From: the human T2T-CHM13v2.0 reference genome, Homo sapiens
Reading direction: 5' to 3' (one strand)
DNA length: 64,000 bases
NCBI RefSeq assembly: GCF_009914755.1
Contig: NC_060926.1
Notes under the pieces: generated by a model
What the model was told of the DNA's origin: nothing
The model's input: the letters and a program-made list of their open reading frames with translations, nothing else
The model's database searches: none
Position numbers and translations under genes: made by a program
Part shown: positions 60,281 through 64,000 of the stretch, piece by piece
Layout of the letters: each line of letters begins with the position of its first letter
Numbering within the stretch: position 1 is the stretch's first letter

Positions 60281-61539
60281 CACTATAATTGATTTTTAGT
60301 AAATTCTGTGGAATATACAGCATTTTATTTTTCGATTCATCAGTTGGTGGACGTTTAAATTGCTTCTACTTTCTGGCTATTATGAATAATGCTGCTGTGA
60401 GCATTCTTATACACGTTTTTGTGTGGACATATGTTTTCTTAGGAGCTACTCTTACTTTGTTGCTAGCTGAGGCTTCTAGGACTGGGATCCTTCGAACACT
60501 GCATGTACCTATAATACTCTTGGAGGAGAGGAGGATTCCTCTGAAGTCAGAAATATCCTCCCTGGAGAATTCTGCAAGGAGTTGGATGGACTCATTGGGG
60601 CCGAGGAAGGAGCTTTGAGCCAGGGATGTCTCAGGAATGTGAGAGTTGAAGCACAGCTGTGCAGTGTGGCCTTGGGCAACTTGCCAGCTGCCTTACCTGT
60701 AGGGAAAGGGTGATGTTACTACTGAAAATTGTGACCTCCTCCAGACACCAGTGGTGAGGATTAATTAGTAAATGTTGGCTGTGCTAAGCTTTTCCTTTGG
60801 CTCTTCTTTATTCTCAGAGGCAGCCCTGCTTTTTAGGGCTGAAGGTAGTAAGATCTGTAAGAAAAAGCCAGAGAAACCCACCTTGTCATTGCTTTCTTGG
60901 GAATTAAGGGTTATCTTGTGTTTGGTTAGGACACCAGTTAGTTTCCAGCATTCTCAGTGGAGGTAATCAGATCTTGGAAACTTTGAGGGCATGTGATCAA
61001 GCAAACAACAAAACTCTGAGGATTAGAGGACTGATAGAGACCCTGTGAAGGGTTCACCTGGAAGGAGGCAGTATGGTGGTGTGGAAACAACCTGCTTTGT
61101 GGAGTCACATAGATCTGGGATGGAAGCCTGGTTTTACCAATCTCTCTCGAGTTACTGAATAGGAATAGTGATGACCACTTGTCAGAATTGTGGCAGGGAT
61201 GAAATATGACAGCAATTGTAAAGAACCTGTCACAGTGGCTGACATACTGTAGATTATTTGTGATTATTCATTTCCTTTTTCATCTGGTTCATTGCTGAAC
61301 TTCTAGGCAAACTGCCATCTTACAGAGAGACTGGGATGGAGGGCAAGCCTCCCTTGTAACTGTTGGTATCTATTTGATTTTGGACAAGACTTCCCTTTCC
61401 TTCACTAGATCTTGAAAGTTTTTTAGTGTCAAAATTCTCAGATAAGCATCTCATCTTATTTTTAGACATGTAGGAGTTAGTCTATCCTCTTTTAAAGAGT
61501 TCTTGTTGAAAGTTAATGCATTTATTTTTTATCTTCTAT

Positions 61540-61742
61540 AGTTTCCTGTTCAATATGGTAGCAACCAGTCATATGTAGCTATTGAAACGTAAATTAAATG
61601 TAAATAAAAAATTCAGTTTCTCAGTTGCTCTAGCTACATTACAGGTACACAAGAGCTACATGTGGCTAGTAGCTACTCCATTGGACAGTATATAGGATAG
61701 AACATGTATGTCATCACAGAAAGTTCCATTGTACAGTACTGC
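61540..61742. mobile_element. MER33/MER3-like hAT element
   Basis: caatatggtagcaaccagtcatatgtagctattg...catcacagaaagttccattgtacagtactg. Confidence 0.75.
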
Positions 61743-61936
61743 TCTATGGAATAAGACTCTAAAAAGTGGGAGTTTCAGTAGAAGCTTATTCTTGCATTTG
61801 TATGAATCTGTCTGTGGCTAGAACTCTGGCATCCCATTACTTGGGATTGCTAAAATAATCATACTTGCAGTAATGACCCACTGAGGCCCTTGTTTCTCAA
61901 GTAGTCTTAAAGTTTTGAACTTAAAGATAAAAGATG

Positions 61937-62260
<324 letters not shown>

Positions 62261-64000
62261 TCACCAGCTCTCCAGACCTCTACCAAGTCATAGGGACTGC
62301 CTTGCTTTGAGGTGAAAGTTTATATGCAAGTATCTTTTTAAGTAGGACCATTTAGAAAGAATATGTTTGAATTGAGTTTGCTCTAAGTAATGTTTAACAC
62401 TTTAATATCCTTTTCTATTTATGGGAATATAAGCTAACAGCATTTATACTTTATTTTCAGAATACCAGTGGTTTTCTTAGCTCTGGAAGAACTATATCTT
62501 TAGATCCCAATGTAGACTTAAATTAAATAAATCCGTTTGGCTGGCTTCATCTGGATACAAATGACTACATATTTGTAATAGGTACTTGATTTCATGTTTA
62601 ACTTACTTTTCTGTTTTTCCTCTGTATTTTGTTTTCAGAGCATTGAGTTAGCAATCAGAAGAACTAATGTTTATTCTCTTCCAAATCCCCTTCTTGCTTT
62701 CTTACTTATTAAGCATTGTCTGTGTGATTTGCTTAGGATACAAAAAATGATCACAATGTGGTTTTGGCTTAGGAGGGGCTCATGTGAAGTGGTCCATGAC
62801 CTGTCTGCCTTATTGCTTTGTTGATGGGTTTGATAGAAGGTTAAGTGTGAAATGCTGTGTAGACAGCTCATTGTTACACAACATCTGTATTATTAGCATC
62901 CTTTTTAATGAGATAGATGGAGGTGTGGGCTATGAATGAGATTCTTCATGGCGTGAGTTTTCTGGCGGGATTTTTTAAGAGTGAGAAGAGGTGTGCCTTG
63001 AAGCAAGTAAGTAGGAGAACCTACTCCAGATATTGAGAGGGATGGCTAGAGAAGGACTGAATAGACCAGCTGCAAAAAAAAAAAAAAAAAAAAAAAAAAG
63101 CCAGGGCAGAGGAAGGAGGTGAATGCCAGGTATCTTTCTGATGACTGTACTGTGTATTTTCTAATATTCTTTGAAAACTTTGAGATCAGCAGAGATGCTG
63201 AGCCCTGCTGATGAGGAAGGGAGATTTGTTTAGAGACCGCTAATGATACTTTAAAGGTGCGTGCAGTGTGTCTGTGTACTAGGCAGGTGCCATTTAAGTC
63301 AGAAGCCACTTTCCTGCTTTAGGACAGGTGCTGGGATGTGGAAGCTAGGGATGCAAAGTTACAGCTCTGTGTTGGTTTATTGGCCACCTCATCATGAGTG
63401 CTTCTACTTCGTTAGTGACCTCTGATATGACTGCTGGATAGTCTTCTTGCAGTAACTTCCTTTAAAACTACGGTGGTTTGTGGTGAATAAAATTTATTTT
63501 CAAATTGTATTATTGCTTTTAACTGGTCTCAGAGATCTGGGCTGCCTTGATATAGGCCAGTGTTTAACTAAGCAAAGTGTTATGTCAGAATGTGGTTACT
63601 ATTCCATTATTTCTTCATCCTTCAATTTTGCTTTAATTTGATCTTAAATTTGCAAGTACCTAATGTTTTTAAGAGTGTTATATATATCATTTTTCCCTAA
63701 TTTTAAAACCTAAATACTTTAACAAGCTGCTCAACATGAAGAAGGGAATGGTTTGAATCAGTTTATGAAAGAATACTCTGTTCCCAGGTTGGGTGGGTGC
63801 CCTGTCAATAGCTTTATTATGTATGGCAAACACAATGCTAAGAAAACTTATTAGGAACTGAAGTCTTAAATGCTTGGGAGATTATAATGTGTTCCGACTT
63901 CAAAATTTTAAGTTAACTTCCGCTACCAGTTTCTATGAGACTGATTTCTGTAGTCTGCTTTCTGTAGTCATAGAAAATAGTAGTGAAAGCTATAGAAAGC

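Noticed and set aside
63074-63099. A26 tract as the tail of a processed pseudogene
   Set aside because: No upstream AATAAA, coding similarity or convincing TSD. More relevant as an oligo-dT internal priming artefact.

Overview
Human (primate) genomic DNA covering the 5' end of the formin gene FMNL2 on the + strand. About 19 kb of repeat-dense upstream sequence (fragmented antisense L1s with nested Alu, LTR and DNA-transposon insertions) leads into a CpG-island promoter (~19.07-20.62 kb). Coding exon 1 (19703-19819, [11 protein letters not shown]...EERFAIVL, phase-0 donor CTG|GTAAGT) is followed by at least 44 kb of intron 1 with no recognisable FMNL2 exon 2. Nearly all other ORFs in the track are Alu, L1 or GC-rich artefacts. 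No CRISPR, rRNA or tRNA is seen. Observations not explained by this annotation: (i) a candidate alternative terminal exon at 39773 that would give a 58-aa myristoylatable FMNL2 micro-isoform; (ii) a 24 x 30-bp VNTR 1 kb downstream whose units carry UGUA plus AUUAAA poly(A) motifs; (iii) two uORFs coupled by an ATGA stop-start overlap; (iv) a perfect 19-bp E-box/AP-1/E-box palindrome; (v) a young AluYb8-type insertion and an L1 with a short 3' transduction. All functional readings are hypotheses from sequence alone. Repeat subfamily names and boundaries are from recall of consensus sequences and are approximate.
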